Positions 1 to 9,697 of a DNA stretch of 64,000 nucleotides are shown in pieces. Position 1 is the first letter of the stretch. Each line of letters starts with the position of its first letter. The stretch lies in NCBI GenBank assembly GCA_965243025.1, contig CBDETY010000003.1, positions 2,240,001-2,304,000 on the forward strand, written 5' to 3'. Source of the DNA: Candidatus Latescibacterota bacterium. Lineage in GTDB: Bacteria > Latescibacterota > UBA2968 > UBA8231. The notes under the pieces are model-generated. The model did no database searches, was not told the DNA's origin, and saw nothing but the letters and a program-made list of their open reading frames with translations. The position numbers and the translations under genes were made by a program.

Positions 1-2416
1 TGCGCTCGCGGATCCGCGTCCGCGACAGCTCCTGCCCCGCCAGCTCTCCGGCCTCCTTCCGCGCCAGGCGGATGCGGGGCTGGTGGGAGACGACCTCCCC
101 CAGCACGTAGCGGGACAGCAGCTGGGCCGAAACCTGGCTCACCGACAGGGCGAAGTCCGCCCCGGCCTGCTGGATGCGGCCGGCGTTCTCGACCAGCAGG
201 GCGCTGGCGATGACCGGCACCTCCGGGGCGTGATCCCTGATCACCCTTGCCGCCAGCAGGGCGGCGCTGTCGCTGGCCGCGGTCAGCACCACCACCCGGG
301 CTTCGGTTACGCCGGCGCGCTCGAGGACCCGGGTGTCGAGGATGTCGCCGACGACGGTGACCCCGGGCCCCTCGGTCTCGGCGATGACGCGCACCTCCTC
401 GCCGGCATCTGCCAGCATCCCGACGAGGTTCCTCCCCACCTCCCCGGCCCCGGCGACGACGATGGGCCCTTCGGCGGCGATCGGCCGGCTGATCTCGCCG
501 AGGCGGCGGATGCTCGCCGGGCTCCCGGCGGCCACCAGGATCGTCCCCGGATCGAGGGGGCGGTCCGCAGGAGGCGGCGAATCGAGGAGATCGCCGTCCC
601 AGCGGCCGACGATCTGGGCCCCGGTCCGGGTGTGAATCCCGGTCTCCGAGAGAGTCCTGTCGGCGAGGGGGCCGCCTTCCTGCACCCGGATCTCGGCGAT
701 CTCCAGCAGTCCCTCCAGGGCCTGGGCCCCGGTCACGCGCGGACTGATCCTGCTGCTTGCCCGCACCGCCAGGGCTCCGGCCAGCAGGTGCGTCGGCGTG
801 AACGCCGCGGTCGCCCCGGCCAGCTGCATGGCGGCGCGCCGGTTGGGATTGTCGATCAGCGCAACGAGCGGACCGGAGAAACCGTGCTCGCGCGCCCCGG
901 CGGCCAGCAGGGCGTTGAGCTCGTCCTGACCGTTGGCGATCACCGCCCGCGCCAGGGCGAGGGGCTCGAAGTCGAGGGCCTCCTCGGCCAGCGAGGTGTA
1001 CACGACCTGTTGCCCCCGCGCCTGCAGCCGCCTCGCCTCCTCCTCGTCCTCCTCGATGACGACGGCGGGCAGGTCCCTGGTCGCCAGCTCCCCCATCAGG
1101 GTTTCGACCTCGGGGCCGTACCCGTAGATGACCACCGCGTCCGGTTCGGCGGGAAGCGCCGAGGGCAGCCTGCCGCCCGGGAGCTCCTCGACGAGGGGCG
1201 AACCGAACTTGTCGATCTGCACCAGGCCGCGGGTGGCGCCCCTGAAGCGGGCCGCCTTCCCCTCGAGCAGCACCGCGCACCCCTTGAGCGCCATCGGCGT
1301 GAACAGGTTCATCAGGAAGGCGGAGAAGATCAGGGCGGAGAAGACGGACTGGTCGATGGCCCCCTGGGCGAGCGCCAGGGAGGCGAGGATGAAGGCGACC
1401 TCGGCGCGGCCGCACATGCCCACCCCGACGGTGAACGCCTCGCGCGCCGGCAGCCCCATGCGCAGGGCCATGCCGCCGGCGCTGAGGATCTGTCCGGCGA
1501 CCACCGCGGCCGTGAGCAGGACCATGAAAGCGACCGAGGAGGCGCTGATGTCGAAGGTGACCGAGAACCCGAGGGAGATGAAGAAGATCGGCCCGAGGAA
1601 GGAGTAGGCGATTCCGTAGGCGCGGTCCTTGACCACCCTGACCAGGTTGGGGTGGGCGACCTTCTCCTCGAAGAAGAGGCCGGCGAGGTAGGCGCCGAGG
1701 ATCATGTGCAGGCCGATCGCCTCGGCGAAGAGGCCGCCGGCGATGGCGGTCAGCAGCACGAAGGTGAACCCCTTGCCCCCCTCGGAGCGGAACGGCAGCG
1801 ACAGGCGCGGGTAGAGGAAGCGGCCGACCAGGAAGGAGACGGCGAAGAACCCGGTCACCTTGCCGACGGTGAGGGCGATGGCGGCCGGCTCGAACCCCCC
1901 GCCCGACAGCAGGCCGAGGACGAGGCTGAAGAGCACCAGGGTCAGCAGGTCGTTGATGACGCAGCTGGCGAGGATGAGGCGGGCGACCCGGGTGTTGTCC
2001 AGCCGCAGGTCCTTGAGGCACTTGAGGGTGACGACGACGGCGGTCGCCGTGCCGATGGTCAGCCCGACGAAGGTGGCCCCGAGGAGGTCGAGGCCGAAAA
2101 GGACCGCCACCCCGAAGCTGATCGCGAACGGCACCGCGGCCCCTGCCAGGGCGATCCCGAGGGAGCGCTTCAGGGCGTCGAAGAACTGCACCGGCTGGGT
2201 CTCGACGCCGGCGTGGAACATCAGGAAGAAGATGCCGATCTCGGCGAGCAGCTCGATCGCATGGCCCGGGGCGATCAGCCCGAGGACCGCCGGCCCCACC
2301 AGCACCCCGACGATCAGCTCCCCCATCACCGTCGGCATCCCGAGCGGGCGCAGGGTGACGGCGACGAACCAGATGCCGGCGAGCAGGATCAGCAGGTCGA
2401 GGGCGATCTCATGCAT
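1..2416 (-). CDS. CPA2-family cation:proton antiporter fused to tandem TrkA/RCK domains (3' end runs off the window)
   Basis: Not in the ORF track. Manual translation from ATG 2416 gives MHEIALDLLILLAGIWFVAVTLRPLGMPTVMGELIVGVLVGPAVLG...AEIGIFFLMFHAGVE (Kef/CPA2 signature), then VVIYGYGPEV and IVVAGAGEVG Rossmann-like RCK motifs. Confidence 0.85.
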   Translation of the reverse strand, partial: MHEIALDLLILLAGIWFVAVTLRPLGMPTVMGELIVGVLVGPAVLGLIAPGHAIELLAEIGIFFLMFHAGVETQPVQFFDALKRSLGIALAGAAVPFAISFGVAVLFGLDLLGATFVGLTIGTATAVVVTLKCLKDLRLDNTRVARLILASCVINDLLTLVLFSLVLGLLSGGGFEPAAIALTVGKVTGFFAVSFLVGRFLYPRLSLPFRSEGGKGFTFVLLTAIAGGLFAEAIGLHMILGAYLAGLFFEEKVAHPNLVRVVKDRAYGIAYSFLGPIFFISLGFSVTFDISASSVAFMVLLTAAVVAGQILSAGGMALRMGLPAREAFTVGVGMCGRAEVAFILASLALAQGAIDQSVFSALIFSAFLMNLFTPMALKGCAVLLEGKAARFRGATRGLVQIDKFGSPLVEELPGGRLPSALPAEPDAVVIYGYGPEVETLMGELATRDLPAVVIEEDEEEARRLQARGQQVVYTSLAEEALDFEPLALARAVIANGQDELNALLAAGAREHGFSGPLVALIDNPNRRAAMQLAGATAAFTPTHLLAGALAVRASSRISPRVTGAQALEGLLEIAEIRVQEGGPLADRTLSETGIHTRTGAQIVGRWDGDLLDSPPPADRPLDPGTILVAAGSPASIRRLGEISRPIAAEGPIVVAGAGEVGRNLVGMLADAGEEVRVIAETEGPGVTVVGDILDTRVLERAGVTEARVVVLTAASDSAALLAARVIRDHAPEVPVIASALLVENAGRIQQAGADFALSVSQVSAQLLSRYVLGEVVSHQPRIRLARKEAGELAGQELSRTRIRER

Positions 2417-2446
2417 GGCGTTTCAGCCGCTTGCGGGTCCCAAGGG

Positions 2447-3907
2447 TCACGCCGGCAGCGGCTGGCGGCCGCTGATCTCCGTTATGCGCCCGCTGACGGC
2501 GGCTGTCAGCAGCTCGAGACAGCCGGGAGCCAGGCAGGAGGGCTGCTCCTGGTACAGCCCCAGGCCGTAGCGGTCCTCGGGGAGCAGGTAGGCCACCTGG
2601 GGATCCCCGGCGACCGGAGAAAGAAGCAGCGCGAGACCGGGAAAACGGCGGCGCAGCTCCTGAGTCACTTCGTTGTACGGCTCCCCGGAGCAGGTGATCC
2701 AGACGGCGTCGCCGAGGCGGAAGACCGAGTACCGGAACGGGAACGACGCCCCCTCGGGCATGTCGGCCAGGCGCCCGAGCCAGCGGCGGCAGCGCTCCGC
2801 CCTCGCCCCGGCATCGCGCGCCGCCGCGGCGTCGCCGGCGGCCTCCGCCTTCCCCTGCTCTTCGGAGTAACGCTCGAGATCGCGGCGCAGCTCTTCCCTG
2901 CCGGGCAGATCCCGGTACGGCAGATCCACGGTGAACGCTCCCCCCGCCCACCGGGAGGCGGCCTCGGTGCGGCTGCCGGTGAACGGGGTCCAGGCCCAGG
3001 CCCCGAGGGTGGCGCCGGATTCCACCGGCCCCCGGTAGGTGAAGTCGCAGCGCGCCGGACCGAGCGAGAAGTAGGCCGACAGGGCCGTGTGCCCCAGCTG
3101 CCTGCCGTTGCGGTCGGCGGTTCCGGTGTCCCCGGTGAAACCGTCCCGGGGCCCGAGCTCGCCGCAGGCGCCCTGGAAGAACACGCAGGGCGACCCGGTC
3201 CCGGCTTCGAAGACCTCCCGCATGGCCCCGGCGAAGTCGGGGCTCAGAAGGCTGTTTTCCCAGGCCAGGGTGGTGGGATGGCAGGCGTAGTGGACGATGC
3301 CGAGCCGCGGCTTTCCCGCCTCGTCCTCGACCCGGGCCACGACCACGGTGTCGTCGGCGGGAGCGTCGGGGTTGTACCCGGTTACGTAGATCTGCCGTTC
3401 CTCGTCGCGGTAGTCGCGGTTCGCGGCCATGTCGCAGCGGCCCGCCGCGTAGGTGATGACGGCGGGCCGCAGGTCGTCGAGGGCCTGCCGCGTCAGCTCC
3501 TCGACTCGAGTTTTCAGGGAGTCGAGGTACGGGCCGATCAGCTCCCCGCCGGGAAGGGGCATGCGGTCCGGCAGGAAGAAGCCGGCCGCATGGGAGTGCG
3601 AGTGCGTCACCAGCACGCGGTCGGGAGCGACACCGGAGACCGCGGAGATGCTCTCGATCAGGGCGTCGGACTGGGCGTTGGCGAGCAGTACCAGGTCGAG
3701 CTGCAGGCGCGCCATGCCGGGGCCGCCCCCTGCGGCCGGCTGCAGGAGAATCAGGTCGGCGGCCAGGGGGCGGTGCACCCCCGAGGCGCGGTCGTGGCTG
3801 GCCGCCCCCCACATCCGGTGGTATATCCCGACCGGCGGCGTGACGTCGGCGCGGGCGTATCCCAGCCGCAGTATTGACGTGGGGGTGCGCACGGACCGGG
3901 TCGACAT
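2447..3907 (-). CDS. Neutral/alkaline ceramidase-like hydrolase
   Basis: LGYARADVTPP, THSHSHA, HYACHPT, SPDFAG and FFQGACGE motifs. Confidence 0.7.
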   Translation of the reverse strand: MSTRSVRTPTSILRLGYARADVTPPVGIYHRMWGAASHDRASGVHRPLAADLILLQPAAGGGPGMARLQLDLVLLANAQSDALIESISAVSGVAPDRVLVTHSHSHAAGFFLPDRMPLPGGELIGPYLDSLKTRVEELTRQALDDLRPAVITYAAGRCDMAANRDYRDEERQIYVTGYNPDAPADDTVVVARVEDEAGKPRLGIVHYACHPTTLAWENSLLSPDFAGAMREVFEAGTGSPCVFFQGACGELGPRDGFTGDTGTADRNGRQLGHTALSAYFSLGPARCDFTYRGPVESGATLGAWAWTPFTGSRTEAASRWAGGAFTVDLPYRDLPGREELRRDLERYSEEQGKAEAAGDAAAARDAGARAERCRRWLGRLADMPEGASFPFRYSVFRLGDAVWITCSGEPYNEVTQELRRRFPGLALLLSPVAGDPQVAYLLPEDRYGLGLYQEQPSCLAPGCLELLTAAVSGRITEISGRQPLPA

Positions 3908-3940
3908 CTGCTCTCGATCTCCGTCGGGGTCGGTCAGCCG

Positions 3941-5524
3941 TCAGCTCCCCGCGCCGCTGTCTTCCGCGTACCGGATCGACAGGCGGACCCCGCACAGCCA
4001 GGCCGGGTCCCCCTTCTCGAGGGCGATCTCCACCCTGTTGGTACCCGGGGCCAGGATCGAAGGCGGGACCGCGAACTCGACCTGCTCCTCCCCTTCCAGC
4101 GGCGTCTCGGCCAGGCGCGAGGGGTACTCGTTCCAGTCGGCGTCGTACCGGGTCTCCGTCCACGCCGCCCCGGGGGCCTTTCCCTCCTCCCAGTCGAGCC
4201 GGTGCCCGTTTACCGCAAGGGAAACGGCCCGCTGGCCGGCCGGGCCCCCGTCTCCCGAGGTCTCGAAGCTGAGCCCGAGGACCGCGGAAGCGGCCGCGGC
4301 CGGATCCTCTCCGGACAGGTCGATGGCGAGGGAGGTACCGCTTCCCGGGACCGTCTCCTGCAGGCGGACCGGCAGCTGCGCCCGCGGGATCGCGTTGAAG
4401 AAGGAGAACCCGAGCTGCGAGTCCGGCAGCTCCCGGCCGGAGCGGTCGACCTGGTAGCGCTTGTTGCCGCCAGCGAGCTTTGCCGGGTCGGCGAGCTCGG
4501 CGACGAACTCCCGCTTCCACTCGTTCGGCATGCTGTAGTAGTTGAAGAAGTAGAGCCCGTCGACCCCGGCGGCCCAGCAGCGCGCCGCAACCGCCCTCAT
4601 CTCGTCCCGGTTCAGCATCGGCCGCAGGGCCTCGAAACAGCCCAGCACCCGGCAGCCGGTCCCCCGGGCGGCCTCGACGAAGGAGGCGACCGGCGTCTCG
4701 AACGGTATGAACCCGCCCCCGGCGATCAGGATGTCGGCCAGCCCTTCCCGCATCCAGAGCCCGGCGTCCAGCCCGATGCGCCGGCAGTCGGCCAGGGTGG
4801 GAGGGACGCGCACGGCGAGCTCGAGGCGGCGCCGGCGGGCGGCCCCGGCCTCGTCGAGCCGGGAGCGCACCCGGCGCACGAGGTCGGTGGCGAGGTAGCG
4901 GTGGGCGAAGGCCTGCTCGATGCGGAAGAAGGCCGGGTGGCGCATGAAGTCGAGCTCGATGCCGTCGATGTCGAAGCGGTCGATCAGCTCGAAGATGATC
5001 CTCAGCATGTGGGCCCGGACCCCTGCCTCGGCGTAGTTCAGGCCGGTGCGGATCCCCCACTCGAGGGTGCCGGGCGGCAGCTCTCCGTCGGCGTGGCCGA
5101 TCAGCAGTTCCGGATGCCCGCGGCGCAGGCGGCCGTAGTTGGGGGCGGCCTCGTCGATGTCGTAGTGCTCGTTCATGCGCACCGACGGGAAGAAGCGCAT
5201 CCCCGCCTCGCGGCACAGCCGCGAGGTCACGGTGACCGGACCTCCGTGGTTCTCGGTCAGATATCGCAGGTTGTCCCGCTGCCGGCGCTGTCTCTCGTCG
5301 AGGTCCCCGTCGCCGTACCCGTCGCCGAGGCGCTCCCCGATTTCGGTTTCGTAGTCGTACACCTCGTGGCCCCCGACGGACCACAGGAAGACGCCGGCCG
5401 GAGAGCCCTCGTAGGGGGCGATCATCTTCTCGCGCATGATCTCCGGGGTGATGGGAGGTCCGTACGTCCCCATGATCCAGCCGTCGTCGTTGAACAGGAT
5501 GAGGGGTGTTTGCGGTTCGGTCAT
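3941..5524 (-). CDS. Uncharacterised glycoside-hydrolase-like TIM-barrel protein (GHL10/DUF187-like)
   Basis: FNDDG N-terminus, SVRMNEH, DGIELDFMRH and GVDGLYFFNY motifs; paralog of 15429-17003. Confidence 0.6.
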   Translation of the reverse strand: MTEPQTPLILFNDDGWIMGTYGPPITPEIMREKMIAPYEGSPAGVFLWSVGGHEVYDYETEIGERLGDGYGDGDLDERQRRQRDNLRYLTENHGGPVTVTSRLCREAGMRFFPSVRMNEHYDIDEAAPNYGRLRRGHPELLIGHADGELPPGTLEWGIRTGLNYAEAGVRAHMLRIIFELIDRFDIDGIELDFMRHPAFFRIEQAFAHRYLATDLVRRVRSRLDEAGAARRRRLELAVRVPPTLADCRRIGLDAGLWMREGLADILIAGGGFIPFETPVASFVEAARGTGCRVLGCFEALRPMLNRDEMRAVAARCWAAGVDGLYFFNYYSMPNEWKREFVAELADPAKLAGGNKRYQVDRSGRELPDSQLGFSFFNAIPRAQLPVRLQETVPGSGTSLAIDLSGEDPAAAASAVLGLSFETSGDGGPAGQRAVSLAVNGHRLDWEEGKAPGAAWTETRYDADWNEYPSRLAETPLEGEEQVEFAVPPSILAPGTNRVEIALEKGDPAWLCGVRLSIRYAEDSGAGS

Positions 5525-5696
5525 TTATTCATTCCCCTGAATGCTTTGAGAAGCTCATTTTGCAGTACCGGCCTCCGAACGGCGCTCCCGTCGGGCACAG
5601 CATGGCGGGATCGAGGCCTCCGCTTCACGGTACGGGAAATCCGGGGAGAATACCAAGGTTTGAGACCACTCCGCTTCTCCCCTGCGGTCCTGTCGC

Positions 5697-6620
5697 CTAG
5701 TGTGCGAGAAAGGGCAAAGGCCAGTTGACGCACCCGATCGGTCGCCCCTTCTCAACCGCCGCCAGGTATTCGTCCAACACCCCTTTCCGAAGGGTGTAGA
5801 CCATCGCCGCTTCGCTCGCTTCCGCGCTGACCGTCGCCCAGGCCGGATCCAACGCATGCTGCGCCAGCCAGCCGGACGGATGGTGTTCGAGCGCGCTGGG
5901 CCGCAAGGTATAAATCACCTGTCGCGCCTGATCTGGATCCTCGGCGAGCAGCATGACCAGTTTCTCCCGCTGCCGGGCTGCCCGCATGGTATAGGCCACG
6001 CGCCTGCCCGCCTCATCCCTCCACATAAGCGAGTCGATGCCTCCCAACCGCCATTCACCCTCTGTCGGTCCCCACATCCAGCCAAAGTCCACATCGGCCA
6101 GCTCGGCCTCGAGGCGCTCCGTAAGCCAGAACAGGTCCGCCGGTTGAACCGGACGGGCGTCCAGGGCGACCGTGGAATCGGGCAACTGCTCGATGTCAAT
6201 AGCGACCTTGCAGAATCCGTGGGTCTGCGTCTGATAGCCATAGCGCGGATAGTAGGAAGAATGCCCCAGCAGAAAGGCGAAGCCATAACCTTCTCTTTTG
6301 CCCAGCCGATGTCCGTAGGCGAGTAGCTGTCCGCCTATTCCCTGGCGTTGGAATTCGGGAACCACCGCCACCGGTCCCACTGCCAGAGACCACATGGTCG
6401 TGCCCATCAGTCGCTGCCGAACCGGGGTGAAAAGTGCGTGCCCGACCATTTCCTCCTGGTGCCACGCCGTCACCGAGAACCGGCGGTCGTAGAGAGGATA
6501 GACCCGACGCATGTCGTCGACTATCTGCCCCTCGTCGCCATGGCGGAAGGCCCGGCAGTTTACCTCGTTGATCGCCTCTTCATCGCCAGGCCTCTCACCG
6601 CGTATTTCAATGTTCGTCAT
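5697..6620 (-). CDS. GNAT family N-acetyltransferase
   Basis: GPVAVVPEFQRQGIGGQL acetyl-CoA motif and LGHSSYYPRYGY. Confidence 0.85.
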   Translation of the reverse strand: MTNIEIRGERPGDEEAINEVNCRAFRHGDEGQIVDDMRRVYPLYDRRFSVTAWHQEEMVGHALFTPVRQRLMGTTMWSLAVGPVAVVPEFQRQGIGGQLLAYGHRLGKREGYGFAFLLGHSSYYPRYGYQTQTHGFCKVAIDIEQLPDSTVALDARPVQPADLFWLTERLEAELADVDFGWMWGPTEGEWRLGGIDSLMWRDEAGRRVAYTMRAARQREKLVMLLAEDPDQARQVIYTLRPSALEHHPSGWLAQHALDPAWATVSAEASEAAMVYTLRKGVLDEYLAAVEKGRPIGCVNWPLPFLAH

Positions 6621-7101
6621 GCGGTCGCGCAGATTCGGTGGTATCCTCGCCCGCTTCGACGGTGGATTTGTCCGGGGTGGTCAAGGCGTGTTCCCAGGGG
6701 TTGATGACATCGACGTCCAGGTCTGCGAAGTCCCCGACGTTCCGCGTCGCAACGGAGAGACCGTGAACTTTGGCTGTCCCGGCGATCAGCGCATCCCCCA
6801 GGTCCAGCACGCGACCAGAGCGATGCGCCTGCGCCCGGAATTGGGCAGCCCGCTCTGCCCCGGTCCTCTCCATGGGCAGGATGCGATCCTCATACGCCGC
6901 AATGAATTCTGACAGCACCGACCGCAACCCGTCGCGACGTTGTCCCGGCGGCAGCAGCTCCAGGCCGAACTCCAACTCGTGCAACACCAGCGCGGACGAC
7001 CACAAGTCGTCTTGTTCGGTCAGGAATGCGACAACCCGGGGATCGGGCGCGTCCTTTGTCAACTCCGAGACCACGTTGGTGTCTAAAAGAAACCCTCTCA
7101 C
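6607..7101 (-). CDS. vapC: PIN-domain VapC toxin
   Basis: FLLDTNVVSE...DALIAGTA...VATRNVGDF; GTG start overlaps the antitoxin stop (GTGA). Confidence 0.9.
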   Translation of the reverse strand: MRGFLLDTNVVSELTKDAPDPRVVAFLTEQDDLWSSALVLHELEFGLELLPPGQRRDGLRSVLSEFIAAYEDRILPMERTGAERAAQFRAQAHRSGRVLDLGDALIAGTAKVHGLSVATRNVGDFADLDVDVINPWEHALTTPDKSTVEAGEDTTESARPHDEH

Positions 7102-7382
7102 CCTGCGTCTCCGGACGCGAATGGGATTTCCCGCCGGGACTGTCTGTTTCTGGTGGTCTCGAGGTTCGCGCCGCGGGGCATGTTGGCTACCAGCCACTGG
7201 CCCATGGGTTGGCGCTGCGATTCTTTCTCAGCCCATACGTGGGCGGGAACTACAACGAAGGACTTCCGCGTTCCGATGTGTTGCGGCCCTTCCTCTTCGG
7301 CGCGACGCAGGACTTCGGACAAACGCGCCTTGGCCTCGGCGACGGTCCAGACTCGATGGGGTGCTGAGTATCGGGTGGTCAT
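7098..7382 (-). CDS. Phd/YefM-family antitoxin
   Basis: WTVAEAKARLSEVLRRAEEEGPQHI; GGAG RBS before ATG 7382; directly upstream of the PIN toxin. Confidence 0.85.
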   Translation of the reverse strand: MTTRYSAPHRVWTVAEAKARLSEVLRRAEEEGPQHIGTRKSFVVVPAHVWAEKESQRQPMGQWLVANMPRGANLETTRNRQSRREIPFASGDAG

Positions 7383-7403
7383 AGCTCCTCCAGCTGAGTT
7401 GTC

Positions 7404-7430
7404 ATTATAGTCCAACATAGACTATGTTGG
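7404..7430 (-). promoter_or_regulatory. TA promoter -10 box (TATAAT) with adjacent palindromic operator
   Basis: Perfect palindrome CCAACATAG-A-CTATGTTGG at 7412-7430, next to minus-strand TATAAT at 7404-7409. Confidence 0.65.
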
Positions 7431-7506
7431 CTGTCGCATCAATGCTTTGTTGGTTTCCCGGGAAAACCTGACCGGCCCCGTTGCCGGCGAACAAAGGCGC
7501 GCAGCC

Positions 7507-8241
7507 ATGACCATCCCCCTCGACCAGATCACCTCGATGCCGGCGTACTCTCCCTATTTCCCGCGGCCGCCGGCGCGCTACCGCAACGTCCGCTTCCAGT
7601 ACGTCTGCTTCCGCGCCGATACCGCCGCGGTCGACCGCCTGCTGCCCGCCTGCTTCGAGCCGGCCGGGGACGGCTTCTGCGCCGCCATCGGCCTGACCGT
7701 GCCCTGGTCGGCGAACTACGGGGCCTTCGACGAATCCGTCCTCGTGGTCAAGTGCCTGTTCGAGGGCCGGGAGGGGTACTTCGCCCCGGTCGTCTTCCTC
7801 AACTCCCGCAGCAGCATCCCGGCGGGGCGGGAGATCTACGGCACCCCGAAGGTGTACGCCGACCTCGAGGTCCGCATGGATGAGCGGGTGATGGTGACCG
7901 ACACCTTGGTCGGCGGCGGCAACGCCCTCTCCATACGCTCGACCATGCATTGCGAGGCGGCCCCGGAAGAGATGCCCGACCTCTCCCCTTCCTGGCGGCT
8001 CAAGGCGATCCCGAGGGCGGACGGGGCCGGGTGCGACGTGCTGCAGCTGATCGACGGGGCCGGGGCGAGCCGGGACGTGACCGTCCACGTCCGCCGCAAG
8101 GGAGACGGCGTCGTGCGCTTCGAGCCGGTGCCGGTGTACGACCTGTCGGGTTTGGAGCCGCTGGAGTACCTCGGGGCCTTCTACGTCGAGCAGGATTACA
8201 CCGAGGGGTACGCCGAGATCGTGCGCGATTTCCTCGCCTGA
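7507..8241 (+). CDS. Acetoacetate decarboxylase family protein
   Basis: AGREIYGTPKVYA signature; ATG 7507. Confidence 0.85.
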   Translation: MTIPLDQITSMPAYSPYFPRPPARYRNVRFQYVCFRADTAAVDRLLPACFEPAGDGFCAAIGLTVPWSANYGAFDESVLVVKCLFEGREGYFAPVVFLNSRSSIPAGREIYGTPKVYADLEVRMDERVMVTDTLVGGGNALSIRSTMHCEAAPEEMPDLSPSWRLKAIPRADGAGCDVLQLIDGAGASRDVTVHVRRKGDGVVRFEPVPVYDLSGLEPLEYLGAFYVEQDYTEGYAEIVRDFLA

Positions 8242-8374
8242 GGCTTCGAGGGATTCTGTTTGAACGCCGCTGACCGCCGGCACCCGGCGCCCGTGCCGGG
8301 CAGTCCTCCAGGATGCGGGGGGCCCCCTGCCGGGCGACTGCCTTCCGCGAGCCGGCGTCCGGCCCCGAGGCCGC

Positions 8375-9466
8375 TCAGAAATCCATGTCCGGCGGCCCCT
8401 TGTAGCCGATGCTCCGCCATCCGGCCACGTCCCCGCCGCGCAGGCGGTAGGGGTGGGGATACAGCTTCAGCGAGCGGTCGGCGAAGGGGAGCGGAACGCG
8501 CTCGTGCCCATTGCAGGCGGAGCGCACCAGGGCGATGGCGACCTCGAGGGAACGGAGGTGATCCTCCCCGGTGCTCAGCGGCTCGGCGCCGCTTTCATGG
8601 GCGCGGATCAGCCGCTGCACGGTGAAGTCGAAGGCATCGTCGGGCGGCTCGTCGAGAAACGAAGGATGCACAGGGGTCGCGGCCGCTCCCTTTCCCTGGA
8701 TCAGCACCGGCCGCGGGCGCGCGAAGAAGACCTGCCCCTCCTCCCCCTCCACCGACACGAAGGCGGCGACCCCGTCGTCCTGCCGGGGCCTGGCGATCTC
8801 GCAGAGGATGTCGCCGCTGAGTCCGAGACGACCCCAGGCCGGCACGTCCGCTTCCTCCGGGGCGGTCCCGGAAGCGACGTAACCTGGGACCTCGGGCAGG
8901 GTGTACCCCTCGGCCCACTCCACCTCCATTCCGGTGATGATGCGCAAGCTGGCGAGCTGAACGCAGCCGCCGCCGGAGACCTCGGTCGGCAGCCCTCCAG
9001 GTATCGCCGCGGCAGTCAGGCGGCCGATGTTTCCCGCCTTCACCCATTCGGTAACCTGCGGCATGTACGGTGTCGCCCATCCCGCCTGAGCGCAGCCGAA
9101 CAGGGTGCCGCGTTCCCGACAGATGCGGATCATCTCGTCGGCTTCGCGGAGCTCGTGGGAGATCGGCTTCTCACAGGAGACGACCCGCACCCCGGCCTCC
9201 GCGCAGGCGGTGACGCAGGGGTAGTTCTGACTCACCGGGACGATCGCCGAGACGATGTCCGGCACCTCTTCGGCCAGCAGCTCGTCGAGCTCGTCGAACA
9301 CCCTGGGCACGCCGTAGCGGCGGGCGATCTCGTCCCGCCGGTCCGCGGCCCGGTCGACGAGGGCGGCGATCTCGCACCGGGGGTGGCTGGCGTAGGCGCG
9401 GGTGTAGAAACGGCCCCAGGTGCCGGCCGCCCCCACTACGGCTACCCGGTATTTTCTCTCGGCCAT
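8375..9466 (-). CDS. Gfo/Idh/MocA oxidoreductase
   Basis: VAVVGAAGTWG and CEKP motifs; GGAG RBS. Confidence 0.85.
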   Translation of the reverse strand: MAERKYRVAVVGAAGTWGRFYTRAYASHPRCEIAALVDRAADRRDEIARRYGVPRVFDELDELLAEEVPDIVSAIVPVSQNYPCVTACAEAGVRVVSCEKPISHELREADEMIRICRERGTLFGCAQAGWATPYMPQVTEWVKAGNIGRLTAAAIPGGLPTEVSGGGCVQLASLRIITGMEVEWAEGYTLPEVPGYVASGTAPEEADVPAWGRLGLSGDILCEIARPRQDDGVAAFVSVEGEEGQVFFARPRPVLIQGKGAAATPVHPSFLDEPPDDAFDFTVQRLIRAHESGAEPLSTGEDHLRSLEVAIALVRSACNGHERVPLPFADRSLKLYPHPYRLRGGDVAGWRSIGYKGPPDMDF

Positions 9467-9697
9467 TTCTTGTTCTCCTTGAGGGTGATTGTCAGCTTGC
9501 CTGTCGCTCTCGAGACACGATCCCCGCCCATGGGGGCCGCCGAGTACATCCCGGAGACGCTGCGCCACGACGCCTTGCACAGGGCTATTTCCCGGGCCGG
9601 GGGCACCAGGGCCCAGGAAGGACCAATCCGGCCATTACCGCGGCCCTGTCGATCGGTGATTCGCCGGCTTTTGGCTCACTTCCCTCGCAGCGAACTC

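Noticed and set aside
83-3877. 1264-aa plus-strand ORF and many other long overlapping ORFs
   Set aside because: Antisense shadows of real minus-strand genes in high-GC DNA; no motifs
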